Origin: an uncultured delta proteobacterium
GTDB lineage: Bacteria; Desulfobacterota; Binatia; Binatales; Binataceae
Direction: 5' to 3'
NCBI GenBank assembly: GCA_963850125.1
Contig: CAWKKB010000014.1
Span: forward strand, 97,284 to 161,283
Length of the DNA: 64,000 nucleotides
Of the stretch, positions 36,631 through 47,141 are shown piece by piece (position 1 is the first letter of the stretch; every line of letters begins with the position of its first letter). The notes beneath the pieces were generated by a model, which was given only the letters and a program-made list of their open reading frames with translations, ran no database searches and was not told the DNA's origin. The translations under genes and the position numbers were made by a program.

Positions 36631-37102
36631 GCGCGCCGGTCTGGCGCAGCGCTTCATACACCACAATCGAAACCGCGTTGGAGAGGTTCAGGCTGCGCAC
36701 GCCTGCCTCGAAGATTGGAATCCGATAAGCGCGGTCATTTCTCTCGGACAGGAAATCGCGGCCGAGACCTTTCGTCTCGCTTCCGAAAAAGAGAAAGTCG
36801 CCGCGCTCGTAATGCGCGTCGAGATACGACGCCGCGGCGTGCGTCGAGAAAAATTTCGACGACGGCGCGTCCTGATGCGTCGCGGCAAACTGCTCCCAGC
36901 CCTCGTAGGTGCACAAATCCACCAGCGGCCAGTAATCCAGCCCGGCCCGCTTGAGATAGCGATCCTCGAGCGAGAAGCCGAGCGGGCCTACCAGGTGCAG
37001 GCGAGCCTTAATCGCGGCGGCCAGGCGCGCGATCGATCCAGTGTTCTGCGGAATCTCGGGACGAACCAGGACGATGTGCAGATTCGGCTCGGCTAGATGC
37101 AT
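36617..37102 (-). CDS. trmL: tRNA (cytidine(34)-2'-O)-methyltransferase TrmL
   Basis: LHIVLVRPEIPQNTGSIARLAAA, DYWPLV, FLFFGSETKGL, IPI....RSLNLSNAVSIVVYEALRQ. Confidence 0.9.
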   Translation of the reverse strand: MHLAEPNLHIVLVRPEIPQNTGSIARLAAAIKARLHLVGPLGFSLEDRYLKRAGLDYWPLVDLCTYEGWEQFAATHQDAPSSKFFSTHAAASYLDAHYERGDFLFFGSETKGLGRDFLSERNDRAYRIPIFEAGVRSLNLSNAVSIVVYEALRQTGALSSS

Positions 37103-37578
37103 CAGGGGCTTGATGTGGCCGCGCCGCCGAGCGGATACCGACGACCCTTGAGATTCAGGTAGAAGCGGCCGGCGTCGTCGGACTCGAAGCGGTCGCTCAG
37201 ATGATAGTACGCGGAACGGATGAAGCGCGCGCGCGCCTCGCCCCCTTTGACGCGCGCATATAGCACGTTGCCCGCGCCGACTTCGAGCGCGGCGGGATCG
37301 AGCGGTTCGCGACTGTCATCGTTCAGCACGATAACGAAGCCGCCCAGCTCGTCATCCTCGAGCGCTTTGACCACGTACGGCGTGTCCTCGACCGTGATCG
37401 ACGCGCGTTCCTCGGCGACCTGCAGATAGTAGCTGCCGTCGGGATTGCGCTTGATGCTCTGGCTGAACAGCAGAGCGATCCGCGGGTTATCGATCCGCTC
37501 GTCGTCGCTGTACCAGTTGCCGTCGCGTCGAAACGAGATTTTTCCCGATTCGACGGTATAGAACCCTGCCCGCGGCAT
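37102..37578 (-). CDS. DUF1285-family protein
   Basis: ISFRRDGNWYSDDERIDNPRIALLFSQSIKRNPDGSYYLQVAEERASITVEDTPYVV resembles the DUF1285 N-terminal pattern as I recall it. Confidence 0.65.
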   Translation of the reverse strand: MPRAGFYTVESGKISFRRDGNWYSDDERIDNPRIALLFSQSIKRNPDGSYYLQVAEERASITVEDTPYVVKALEDDELGGFVIVLNDDSREPLDPAALEVGAGNVLYARVKGGEARARFIRSAYYHLSDRFESDDAGRFYLNLKGRRYPLGGAATSSP

Positions 37579-37584
37579 TATTTT

Positions 37585-38031
37585 CTATTTCTCATGGCTA
37601 TCGAGGATGATCGTCACCGGGCCGTCGTTAACCAGATCCACTTCCATCGTGGCGCCGAACTCGCCCGTTTCAACTTTAACATCGCGAGTCCGCGCGAGCG
37701 AGAGAAAATGCTCATAGAGGCGGCGCGCTTCGTCCGGCCCGGCGGCTTTGGTGAAGGATGGCCGCCGTCCTGAGTTGGTATCGGCTAGCAGCGTGAATTG
37801 CGACACGACCAGCATCGCGCCCCCGGCTTGCGCAATCGAGAGATTCATCTTGCCGGCGTGGTCGGCGAATATGCGCATCCCGACGATTTTATCTACCAGG
37901 AACGCTGCGTCTGCATCGCTATCGCCGCCGGCAACTCCGAGCAGTACGACGAATCCACCCCCGATTCTGGCGACCGCGCGACCTTCGATTCGCACTTCGG
38001 CGCGGCTGACGCGTTGAACAACTGCCCGCAT
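37585..38031 (-). CDS. dtd: D-aminoacyl-tRNA deacylase
   Basis: From Met 38031: MRAVVQRVSRAEV...GGGFVVLLGV..GD.......LVDKIVGMRIF.D..GKMN....Q.GGAMLVVSQFTL.ADT..GRRPSF. Confidence 0.9.
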   Translation of the reverse strand: MRAVVQRVSRAEVRIEGRAVARIGGGFVVLLGVAGGDSDADAAFLVDKIVGMRIFADHAGKMNLSIAQAGGAMLVVSQFTLLADTNSGRRPSFTKAAGPDEARRLYEHFLSLARTRDVKVETGEFGATMEVDLVNDGPVTIILDSHEK

Positions 38032-38133
38032 ACCTGCGTCATATAGTAGAGACCCCCAAGCTCGCACCAGCCTCACCCTAGGAAAAGCCTTTGTGGTCAG
38101 TGCGGGCGCTCGCGTACTATAATTTGACCCACG

Positions 38134-38997
38134 ATGATTCCTGTCTTGTTCCACCTGGGCCCGCTGACCGTTTACAGCTATGGGCTGATGATGGCTCTGG
38201 GATTCCTGGCGGCCGACTACGTCATCCGCCTCGAATGTATCCGGCGCGGCATCGACCCCGAATATTCGTCGTCGATCGTGATCGCGGCCGCGGTGGCCGG
38301 GCTGATCGGATCGCGCGTCTACGCCATCCTGGACGACCTTCCGACCTACCTTGCCGATCCCAAGTCGATGATCTTTTCGGGCTCGGGATTCGTGTTTTAC
38401 GGGGGAATGATCGGCGGACTAATCGGCGCGTACCTGGTTTCGCGATGGTACCGAATCGGGATCGGCGTGACGATGGACATGTGCGGGCCCGCGCTCGCGA
38501 TTGGGCAGGCAATCGGGAGAATCGGATGCCTGCTGTCGGGCGATGGCGACTGGGGGCTGCCGTCCACCTTGCCGTGGGCGATGTCGTATCCCAAGGCGAT
38601 TGTCGGCTGGAACTCCGACACCGTGTTGAAGCTCGACGATCATTATCGCCTCGTTTCAGGCTATTTTCCCGGAGTCCGAGTGCATCCGGCGCCGATTTAC
38701 GAAACAATTCTGTATGTCGGCGTGTTTATAATACTGTGGTCGATGCGCAAGACGTCTCGTCCGCCCGGCCGCATCATGTACTGGTACCTGCTGCTGGGGG
38801 GAGCCGCACGGTTCCTGGTCGAGTTCGTGCGAATCAACCCGCGGGTTTTCTACATGTTTAGCGAGGCGCAACTGATTGCGTTCGCGATGATGGTCGTCGG
38901 CGGAGTTGCTTTGATCCTCACGAGGGAAAAAGGCCAGACTGCCAGGGATCAGGGTGAGAAGGTAAGTCGTCAGGTGGTGGGAGCGGCTCGCGCCTGA
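38134..38997 (+). CDS. lgt: Prolipoprotein diacylglyceryl transferase
   Basis: LTVYSYGLMMALGFLAA, FYGGMIGG, GQAIGRIGCLLSGDGDWG, HPAPIYE are Lgt hallmarks. Confidence 0.9.
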   Translation: MIPVLFHLGPLTVYSYGLMMALGFLAADYVIRLECIRRGIDPEYSSSIVIAAAVAGLIGSRVYAILDDLPTYLADPKSMIFSGSGFVFYGGMIGGLIGAYLVSRWYRIGIGVTMDMCGPALAIGQAIGRIGCLLSGDGDWGLPSTLPWAMSYPKAIVGWNSDTVLKLDDHYRLVSGYFPGVRVHPAPIYETILYVGVFIILWSMRKTSRPPGRIMYWYLLLGGAARFLVEFVRINPRVFYMFSEAQLIAFAMMVVGGVALILTREKGQTARDQGEKVSRQVVGAARA

Positions 38998-39002
38998 ACC
39001 GG

Positions 39003-39584
39003 ATGGAGATAAAAGACAGAATCCTTTACCTGGTCGCAGGTGTCGTAGTGTTTACCGGACTCGCGCTGGTCGTGCTCAGCGGACATCGCGGCGCGCGTAT
39101 CGAGACTCCGTCGGGAATCGGCAGCGGGTCCGAAGCTCCGGTACCAGCCGGCAGCCAGGCGGCGGATTTCAAGCTCGAGAAGCTGGACGGGACCACAGTT
39201 TCGCTCGAATCGCTGCGCGGCAAAGTCGTTTTTCTGAACGTGTGGGCGACGTGGTGCGAGCCTTGCCGCGAGGAAATGCCCTCGATGCAGACGCTGTACG
39301 ACGCCTTCAAGGGCAACAAGGACTTCGTGATGCTGGCGGTCAGCCAGGACGTAAAAGGCCGCGCGGCGGTCGCTCCGTACGTCGCGAAGAACGGCTACCA
39401 CTTCACGATTCTGCTCGATCCCGAGAACAAGATCGGCGAGAGTTACGATGTAAGCGGCGTGCCTGAAACCTTCATAATCGATCGCAAGGGACAGATTGTC
39501 GCGCACCATATGGGCGCTTTTGATTGGTCGCGGCCCGACGTCCGGGACGCGCTGCAGCAACTGCTCGACTCAAAACAGGGGTAA
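39003..39584 (+). CDS. TlpA-family thiol:disulfide oxidoreductase (redoxin)
   Basis: N-terminal TM anchor, then GKVVFLNVWATWCEPCREEMPSM (WCxxC) and YDVSGVPETFIIDRKG. Confidence 0.85.
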   Translation: MEIKDRILYLVAGVVVFTGLALVVLSGHRGARIETPSGIGSGSEAPVPAGSQAADFKLEKLDGTTVSLESLRGKVVFLNVWATWCEPCREEMPSMQTLYDAFKGNKDFVMLAVSQDVKGRAAVAPYVAKNGYHFTILLDPENKIGESYDVSGVPETFIIDRKGQIVAHHMGAFDWSRPDVRDALQQLLDSKQG

Positions 39585-39693
39585 TAACGGACTCAACGCA
39601 ACGACGGCGACGTCCCAAGCGTATGCATCAGGACGCCGCATCTGCTTAAATGAACAACTCGAAATTAAGGTTTCGGACAGTGGTTAATGTCGA

Positions 39694-41130
39694 ATGATTA
39701 AAAGACATCGATGGTCCATCACATTGGCGGTTTCGTTGGTCGCGTGCTTCCTCGTCCTGCAAGAGGTTGCCGTCCGCCGAGCCTCGGCGCTCTCGAACGA
39801 CACCTACCAGGAGCTCGACACGTTCGCGAGCGTGCTCGCAATCGTGCAGAAAAATTACGTTGAACCGGTCACGACCAAGAAGCTGATCGACGGCGCAATC
39901 AGCGGGATGCTGGCGTCGCTCGACCCGCATAGCGCGTACCTGACGCCCGACCTGTATCGCGACCTCGAAGTCGAGACGCGCGGCAGCTTCGGCGGCCTCG
40001 GGATCGAGATAACCATCAAAAACGGCGCGCTGACTGTGGTGGCGCCGATCGAAGACACGCCGGCATACCACGCTGGAATCAAGGCCGGCGACCAGATCAT
40101 CAAGATCGACGACGACTTCACCAAGGACATGTCGCTCACCGACGCCGTCAAGCGGATGCGCGGCCCCAAGGGCAGCAAGATCAAGCTGACGTTGCATCGC
40201 ACTGGGGTGCCCGAGCTGTTCACCGTCAGCCTCGCGCGCGACGTCATCAGGATTCAGTCGGTCAAAGCGAAGATGCTTCCTGAGGGCTACGGCTACATCC
40301 GCGTAACCACTTTCCAGGAGAACACGGGCGAGGGCGTCGAGAAGGCTATCGACGACTTCGAATCGAAGGACCATGGCAAGGTCAAGGGATTGGTCTTCGA
40401 CTTGCGCGACAATCCGGGCGGACTACTGAACCAGGCAGTAAAAGTGTCGGACGATTTCCTCGACGGCGGCCTGATCGTCTATACGCAGGGACGCGAAGAG
40501 AATCAGCAACAGAAATACTTCTCGCACAAGAAGAAAGATTTCGTTGACTACCCGATGGTGGTGCTGGTCAACGGCGGCAGCGCCAGCGCAAGTGAAATCG
40601 TTGCGGGCGCGTTGCAGGATCAGAAGCGCGCGGTGATTCTCGGCACCCAGACCTTCGGCAAAGGCTCGGTGCAGACCATCCTGCCGCTCGACGATCATTC
40701 GGCGCTCCGTCTGACGACGGCGCGCTACTACACTCCCGCGGGCCGCTCGATCCAGGCGGTGGGAATCACGCCCGATGTCGATGTGGCGCCGCCCAAGGAA
40801 ACGCTCGCGTCAATAACACAGGAAGGCGGCGAATTCGACGAGAACCCGGAAATCCATGAGGCCGACCTGCCGCATCATTTTCAGAATGGGCAGAAGAAGG
40901 GTGACAAGAGTCCTGCGCCGGGCGACAGTGCCGCTCCCGCAACCGCTCCCGACAAGGGCAACAAGGGACCAGGGGCCAAGGGCGCCAAGGCAAAAGAGGA
41001 AAAGGATGTGCAGCTCGATCGCGCGATCGACATCCTGAAGCATTGGAACACGTTCAAGCTCCAGCTGGCTAAGGGCGAATTGCAGTCCGCATCGGCCGCC
41101 GAGGCTGATGGCAAATCGAAAGGCGACTAG
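39694..41130 (+). CDS. ctpA: S41 carboxy-terminal processing peptidase (Ctp/Prc) with PDZ domain
   Basis: ISGMLASLDPHSAYL, GGLGIEI, PAYHAGIKAGDQIIKIDD (PDZ), DLRDNPGGLL, NGGSASASEI, FGKGSVQ. Confidence 0.9.
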   Translation: MIKRHRWSITLAVSLVACFLVLQEVAVRRASALSNDTYQELDTFASVLAIVQKNYVEPVTTKKLIDGAISGMLASLDPHSAYLTPDLYRDLEVETRGSFGGLGIEITIKNGALTVVAPIEDTPAYHAGIKAGDQIIKIDDDFTKDMSLTDAVKRMRGPKGSKIKLTLHRTGVPELFTVSLARDVIRIQSVKAKMLPEGYGYIRVTTFQENTGEGVEKAIDDFESKDHGKVKGLVFDLRDNPGGLLNQAVKVSDDFLDGGLIVYTQGREENQQQKYFSHKKKDFVDYPMVVLVNGGSASASEIVAGALQDQKRAVILGTQTFGKGSVQTILPLDDHSALRLTTARYYTPAGRSIQAVGITPDVDVAPPKETLASITQEGGEFDENPEIHEADLPHHFQNGQKKGDKSPAPGDSAAPATAPDKGNKGPGAKGAKAKEEKDVQLDRAIDILKHWNTFKLQLAKGELQSASAAEADGKSKGD

Positions 41131-41158
41131 ACCGCAGCGATAGCGGAGTCCGCAACGC

Positions 41159-41192
41159 GCCGGGCATCATGGCGATGTCCGGCACTTTTTTT
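41159..41192 (+). terminator. Intrinsic terminator-like hairpin + T-run after ctp
   Basis: ccgggcatcATGGCgatgtccgg (9-bp stem, one mismatch) followed by cacttttttt. It lies between the convergent ctp and DUF1003 genes. Confidence 0.5.
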
Positions 41193-41719
41193 CACGCGGG
41201 CGCCGGGTTGCTGTCGGGAGTTGTCAGCCCGAACTTGCCGAGGATCACCTGATGCTGCCCCTCCATCCGGCGCAGTATGTCGAGCATCACTTCGTCCTGC
41301 TGCTCGAGATGGTTCATGATTGATTTCAGCTCGTCCTCAGCCTTGCAGTTTATCTCGTAGTCCTGCTCGGCCATCAGGCGGTCCTTCGCCGCCTGCCGGT
41401 TCTGCGACATCATGATGATGGGCGCGGCGTAAGCAGCCTGAAAACTGAGCGCAAGGTTGAGCAGTATGAACGGGTATGGATCCCAATGATTCATGTAGCC
41501 GATGACGTTGAGACTGATCCAAATCGCCAGGATGATCGACTGCACGATAATGAACGGCCAACTGCCCATCACCGTCGCGAGCCGATCAGCAATTCGCTGA
41601 CCGGAAGTCAGTTTCTCGGCATCAACCTGATTGATGTTGATGACAGGTTTATGCCGATGAACGTGCCGAATCCGCTGCCGTTCCCATTTCTCGACGTCTG
41701 TGGCGTTGGCGTTGGTCAT
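41192..41719 (-). CDS. DUF1003-family membrane protein
   Basis: LTSGQRIADRLATVMGSWPFIIVQSIILAIWI..N.....WDPYPFILLNLALSFQAAYAAPIIMMSQNRQAAKDR is the DUF1003 core. Confidence 0.8.
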   Translation of the reverse strand: MTNANATDVEKWERQRIRHVHRHKPVININQVDAEKLTSGQRIADRLATVMGSWPFIIVQSIILAIWISLNVIGYMNHWDPYPFILLNLALSFQAAYAAPIIMMSQNRQAAKDRLMAEQDYEINCKAEDELKSIMNHLEQQDEVMLDILRRMEGQHQVILGKFGLTTPDSNPAPA

Positions 41720-41790
41720 TGATTCCTCCCTCGATCGTGGATCGCGAACCCCGGCTTGATGGTAGCTTCAACACCGAGGCTGATCACTCC

Positions 41791-42372
41791 ATGGGACGAC
41801 GATTCCTCATCACCGGCACCGGCGCGCGCGTCGGTAAAACCACAATCGGATGCGCGCTAGGATTTGCGATGCGCGCCCGCGGTCTGCGCGTCGGCGTGAT
41901 GAAACCGGTCGACACGCCGGAATCCCAGGATGCGCAAGCTCTAGCGCTCGCTGTCGGTTCCACCATGCCGATGGATTTGATCTGCCCCTATCGCGACAGC
42001 TCAACGCTCGCGCCCGCGAATGCGGGCCGCCTTGCGCACATCGCAGAATGCTTTAACGAAATCGCCGCGCAAAATGACGTCGTACTGTTGGAAAGCGTAG
42101 ACCTGATCTACTACGCCGACCTGGCCGCAACCCTCGACCTCGAAGTAATCCTGGTGGTTGGGAATCGCGCCGGATGCGCCGACGCAGCGACGAGCATGAT
42201 TCAACGTAGCGAGAGTCGCGGATTAAAAATTGCCGGTTACATTCTTTGCGATTGCGATACAACTCCGTCAGTCAACGACGAGCCACTACAAAAAGTCGTC
42301 AAAGCCCCATACCTCGGCCGGATGCGCCATCGCGAGCCTTTGGCTCGCACAATCGTCGAAAAGCTCGTCTAA
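41791..42372 (+). CDS. Dethiobiotin synthase-like P-loop protein (divergent, short)
   Basis: From ATG 41791: FLITGTGARVGKTTIGCALGFAMRARGLRVGVMKPV (BioD-like P-loop) and LDLEVILVVGNRAGC..AATSMI....RGLKIAGYIL. The usual EGAGG segment reads LLESVD. Confidence 0.55.
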   Translation: MGRRFLITGTGARVGKTTIGCALGFAMRARGLRVGVMKPVDTPESQDAQALALAVGSTMPMDLICPYRDSSTLAPANAGRLAHIAECFNEIAAQNDVVLLESVDLIYYADLAATLDLEVILVVGNRAGCADAATSMIQRSESRGLKIAGYILCDCDTTPSVNDEPLQKVVKAPYLGRMRHREPLARTIVEKLV

Positions 42373-42420
42373 TCCGCCATATAGGTGCCCGGCAACCCGT
42401 TCTGATAAGCTAAGCGACTA

Positions 42421-43776
42421 ATGGCGGGCCAGCTCAATCTTTCCTTGCGCGGCCATCGCACGGGACTGATCACTGTATCGGACCTGGTGCGGATGGTTCG
42501 CGACACGCTCGACGCAAATCTCGGCGAGGGCTGGGTAGTGGGCGAGATCTCGAACGCGCGGCTGGCGCCGTCGAATCATTTTTATTTTACGCTCAAAGAC
42601 TCGCGCAGCTCGATCAACGTCGTGATGTTCAAGTCGGCGTTCCAGCGGATGCGCTTCAAAGTAGTCGACGGGATGGAAGTGATCGTTCGCGGCCGCGTGC
42701 AGATCTTCGAACAGCGCGGCACGCTGCAACTTTACGCGGAGGAGATGGAGCCGCGAGGCGTCGGCGCGCTGCAGGTCGCGTTCGAACAGTTGAAGCGGCG
42801 GCTCGAAGCCGAAGGGTTGTTCGATCGTGCGCGCAAACGCGCGATCCCGTTTCTGCCCCGCCGAATTGGAATCGTCACTGCGCGCGGCGGCGCGGGGCTG
42901 CGCGACATGCTCCGAATTTTGTTCGATCGCTTCCCCAGCGTGCAGGTGATTTTCCGGCCCGCGAGAGTACAGGGCGATGGCTCAGCGCAGGAAATCGCCG
43001 CCGCGATCGCCGATCTCAATCGCGACGGCCGCGCCGAGGTGCTAATCGTCGGACGCGGCGGCGGCTCGCTCGAAGATTTGTGGGCCTTCAACGAGGAAGT
43101 CGTCGCGCGCGCGATTTTCAGATCTTTGATTCCCGTCATCTCCGCCGTCGGCCACGAAGTTGATTACACCATCGCCGATTTCGTCGCCGACTTGCGCGCC
43201 CCCACTCCCACGGCCGCCGCGCAGATGGTCGTGCCCAGCCTCGTCGAGTTGAAAGAGCGGGTCGAGTCGCTCGGCGCGTCGCTCGCGAGCGTGATGGAGC
43301 GCGAACTGTCGGACCGCCGCGAATCGGTGGACGACCTGGCGGAGCGCATCCGCCATCCTGGCAGCATCGTCGCCGAGGCGCGCGAGCGCGTTGCCGGCCT
43401 CGACGCCGAACTCGCGGATGCGGTGTCGTCGCGAATCGCCGACGGGCGGCGCAGTATCCGCGAATTGCGCCTGCGTCTTCGCAGTCCCGACGCGGCCCTG
43501 CGCGAACTGCGTCTTCGCACCTCCCGCCTCGGCAACAATCTTGTTCATGGCGTGGTGTCCGCTCTGGAAGCCAGGCGGCGCTTGCTAGGCGCGCAGGCCG
43601 GGCGGCTGGACGCGTTGTCGCCGCTGAAAGTTCTGGATCGCGGCTACGCGGTTGTAATCAACAAAACAAGTTCGCGCGCGGTGCTCGACGCGGCGACAGT
43701 GAAGTTCGACGACGAACTGGATATCAGGCTGGCGAAAGGGCGGCTGAGCGCGCGCGCAACCGGCCGTTCGATCTGA
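42421..43776 (+). CDS. xseA: Exodeoxyribonuclease VII large subunit
   Basis: VSDLVRMVRDTLDANLGEGWVVGEISN......HFYFTLKDS.SSINVVMF, IGIVTARGGAGLRD, LIVGRGGGSLEDLWAFN, GHEVDYTIADFVAD. Confidence 0.9.
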   Translation: MAGQLNLSLRGHRTGLITVSDLVRMVRDTLDANLGEGWVVGEISNARLAPSNHFYFTLKDSRSSINVVMFKSAFQRMRFKVVDGMEVIVRGRVQIFEQRGTLQLYAEEMEPRGVGALQVAFEQLKRRLEAEGLFDRARKRAIPFLPRRIGIVTARGGAGLRDMLRILFDRFPSVQVIFRPARVQGDGSAQEIAAAIADLNRDGRAEVLIVGRGGGSLEDLWAFNEEVVARAIFRSLIPVISAVGHEVDYTIADFVADLRAPTPTAAAQMVVPSLVELKERVESLGASLASVMERELSDRRESVDDLAERIRHPGSIVAEARERVAGLDAELADAVSSRIADGRRSIRELRLRLRSPDAALRELRLRTSRLGNNLVHGVVSALEARRRLLGAQAGRLDALSPLKVLDRGYAVVINKTSSRAVLDAATVKFDDELDIRLAKGRLSARATGRSI

Positions 43777-43779
43777 GTA

Positions 43780-44079
43780 ATGAACCCGAAAACCAAAAAA
43801 TTCGAGGATGAGCTCAAGGAGCTTGAAGCGATTGTCAGTCAGATCGATTCGGGCGAGCTCACCCTAGAGGAATCGATCGGGGCCTTCGAACGCGGCGTGA
43901 TGCTGGTGAAGGCGCTCAATGGGAAACTCGACGAGGTCGAGCGCAAGGTCGAACTGCTAACGCGGAGCGCCGGCGGCGAACTGCGCACGGCGCTCTTTGA
44001 ACCATCGTCTGACAACGAAAACGAAAACGTAGACGAAAACTCCGCCGGCGCAAAGGACGACGACGAAACACCCTTCTAA
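43780..44079 (+). CDS. xseB: Exodeoxyribonuclease VII small subunit
   Basis: FEDELKELEAIVSQIDSGELTLEESIGAFERGVMLVKALNGKLDEVERKVELL, 3 nt after xseA. Confidence 0.9.
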   Translation: MNPKTKKFEDELKELEAIVSQIDSGELTLEESIGAFERGVMLVKALNGKLDEVERKVELLTRSAGGELRTALFEPSSDNENENVDENSAGAKDDDETPF

Positions 44080-44164
44080 CAACGGTTCCGGCGCGACGCC
44101 CAAGACCAAAACCCGGACCCGGCGTTCCTCTGCGCCGCTGGCCCGCTTCCGGCTCGACGCCGAA

Positions 44165-44883
<719 letters not shown>

Positions 44884-44887
<4 letters not shown>

Positions 44888-45861
44888 CCCGCGCATGGGC
44901 GGTCGGCCTGGATATGGGTGGCACCAATATCCGGTGCGCAGCCGTGTCCGTCGTCGGCGACGTCCTGCTGCTTGAGCACGGCCCGTCGCTCGCCTCGCGC
45001 AAAGCCGCCGACGTCGCTGACAATATCGCCACACAGACCCTTCACCTGCTCGACACCGCGCGCCGGCGCGGACTCGGATCGCCGCGCGCAATCGGAGTCG
45101 CGGTGCCGGGACCGCTGAACGTATATACGGGTACCGTGATGCAGGCGCCGCATGTCGCCGCATGGCGCTCGTATCCGCTGCGCGACCAGCTAGAGGCGCT
45201 CATCGGGCGCAAGGTCGTCGTCGACAACGACGCCAACGCGTGGGCGCTCGGCGAATACTGGCGCGGCGCAGCGCGTGGTCGTCGCGACGTGGTGCTGCTG
45301 ACGCTCGGCACGGGCGTCGGCGGCGGCCTGATCGTCGGCGGCAAGCTGGTTTACGGGCGCAGCGGCATGGCCGGCGAGCTGGGCCATGTGACCGTCAATC
45401 CCGACGGCCCGCCATGCGATTGCGGATCGCATGGATGCCTCGAGGCGTACGCGTCCGCCTCGGGACTGCGGGGCCTGGTCGAGGATCGGCTCGGATTGCC
45501 TCCAGGCGAGCCATTACCAGCGCAAATCGTTGATGCGGAAGGGAATTTCTCGGTGCGAGGACTGTCAGCCCAGGCTCGGCGCGGCGATCAGCTTGCGCTC
45601 GAGGCCTTCGCGACGGCAGGCCATTACCTCGGAATTGCGATCGCGTCCTTTCTAAATATCTTCAATCCCGAGCTGGTCGTGATCGGGGGCGGCGTTGGTG
45701 GCGCGCTGCCCTACATGCGCAAAACCATGGCCGCGCAGGTGCGCGAACGAGCCTTCGCCGCGGTCGCATCGCAGGCGAAAATCGTCCGCGCTGCCCTGGG
45801 TCCTCGCGGCGGCGTGGTAGGGGCTGCCTATGCCGCCCTGCATCCGCCAAGGCGTCCGTAG
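44884..45861 (+). CDS. ROK-family kinase (glucokinase-like)
   Basis: VGLDMGGTNIRCA, DNDANAWALGE, GELGHVTVNPDGPPCDCGSHGCLEAYAS. ATGA overlap with tlyA. Confidence 0.85.
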
Positions 45862-45935
45862 CGTATTTGCTACATCCTAGACCCTTGGCTCAATCTGATA
45901 GATACTGGAGGCGGTTCGCAGGCAAAGGGGCCATA

Positions 45936-46895
45936 ATGAGCGCGCGACGGTATACGTCGACTTTTCTAAGACTTGCCCTCGCGGTAACGTTTATCGTTGC
46001 CGGATGCGGACTCGCGTTCGCGCAAACCGACTTCAACGAGAGCACGATTCCGCCGTCAGCGCCGCCTTCGCGAATCGCGCGTCCTTCCGGCGCGACTGAA
46101 CCCGCTACTGGGGACGAATCGGCGCCGAAGCCAATAGTAAATCATCCCGCGAACATCATTCCATACACGGTTCGCCCGGGCGACACCGTCGGCGCAATTG
46201 CACAGATGTTCGGTATCACGCCCGATGAACTCGCGCACGCCAACCGGATGCACGTCGACGACGAGCTGCAGGTCGACGAGGTCCTCAAGGTTCCGCATCC
46301 CTTCACCACCGAGGTCGCCAACCTCAAATCGCAGGTCGAGACGCTGAGCGCGCAGTTGCAGGCGGCGGAGCAGAAGTCCGACGCGGCCGCCGATCAGGTC
46401 AAGTCGCTGCAGGCGCAGGTGCAGGAGCTGACCGGCGAGAATCAGGATTTGACGAGTAGCGTCAAGATACTGCCGTGGTGGAGAGCGACCGCCATCAGCC
46501 TCGGAATCCTTGCCCTCGTCATGTTCGGGGTGATGGTGCTGACGATGTTCGAATGGTGGCGGATGCGGCGCAGGTTCATGGCGCTGGCCGCGATGACCGA
46601 CGCGCTCAGCCGCCTCGACTACAAGTACAAGGCGATGTTCGCGAAGGCGGAGTTGCGGTTGCAGCAGCTGTACGGACGCCGGCGCGGCGCAATCGCCGAA
46701 GGGCAGCCGCGGCCGCGGATGCCCGAGGAAATTGAAATCGAGCGGCTCAACGAAGAGCTCAAGCAGATTCTCGAGATGCACTTGCAGCGGATGGGTGCGA
46801 AATTGCCCGGCACCCGGCGCAAGGGATGGCGTGATCTCCTCGGCGGTGGCGACGTCGGCTCGACCGTCGAGGAAGCACGTTCTTATCGACGCTAA
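45936..46895 (+). CDS. LysM-domain protein with coiled coil and C-proximal TM helix
   Basis: Lipoprotein-like signal LALAVTFIVAGC. LysM: YTVRPGDTVGAIAQMFGITPDELAHANRM....LQVDEVLKVP. Coiled coil: LSAQLQAAEQKSDAAADQVKSLQAQVQEL. TM: ISLGILALVMFGVMVLTMF. Confidence 0.75.
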   Translation: MSARRYTSTFLRLALAVTFIVAGCGLAFAQTDFNESTIPPSAPPSRIARPSGATEPATGDESAPKPIVNHPANIIPYTVRPGDTVGAIAQMFGITPDELAHANRMHVDDELQVDEVLKVPHPFTTEVANLKSQVETLSAQLQAAEQKSDAAADQVKSLQAQVQELTGENQDLTSSVKILPWWRATAISLGILALVMFGVMVLTMFEWWRMRRRFMALAAMTDALSRLDYKYKAMFAKAELRLQQLYGRRRGAIAEGQPRPRMPEEIEIERLNEELKQILEMHLQRMGAKLPGTRRKGWRDLLGGGDVGSTVEEARSYRR

Positions 46896-46923
46896 GCTTC
46901 AACCCGGACAGAGGAGCATCATC

Positions 46924-47124
46924 ATGAAAAAATTCGCACTGATGGCCCTGCTCGCGACTGTGATGGTTGCGCCGTATGCGATGTCCTCAGCCAGCGGCAC
47001 CCGCGCGTCAGACACGCCCGAGTGCTGCGTGAAAAAGCAGGGATGCTGCCCGAGCGCGTCATGCTGTTCCGGCGGCAGCCACGGGATAGGTGCGCATTGC
47101 ATGCTCCACTCGGCCTCGCACTAA
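46924..47124 (+). CDS. Small secreted Cys-rich peptide, 66 aa (three CC doublets)
   Basis: MKKFALMALLATVMVAPYAMSSASG signal, then TRASDTPECCVKKQGCCPSASCCSGGSHGIGAHCMLHSASH (7 Cys, 4 His). Followed by a family B hairpin. Confidence 0.5.
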   Translation: MKKFALMALLATVMVAPYAMSSASGTRASDTPECCVKKQGCCPSASCCSGGSHGIGAHCMLHSASH

Positions 47125-47141
47125 ACCGTTTCTTCCTCGTT

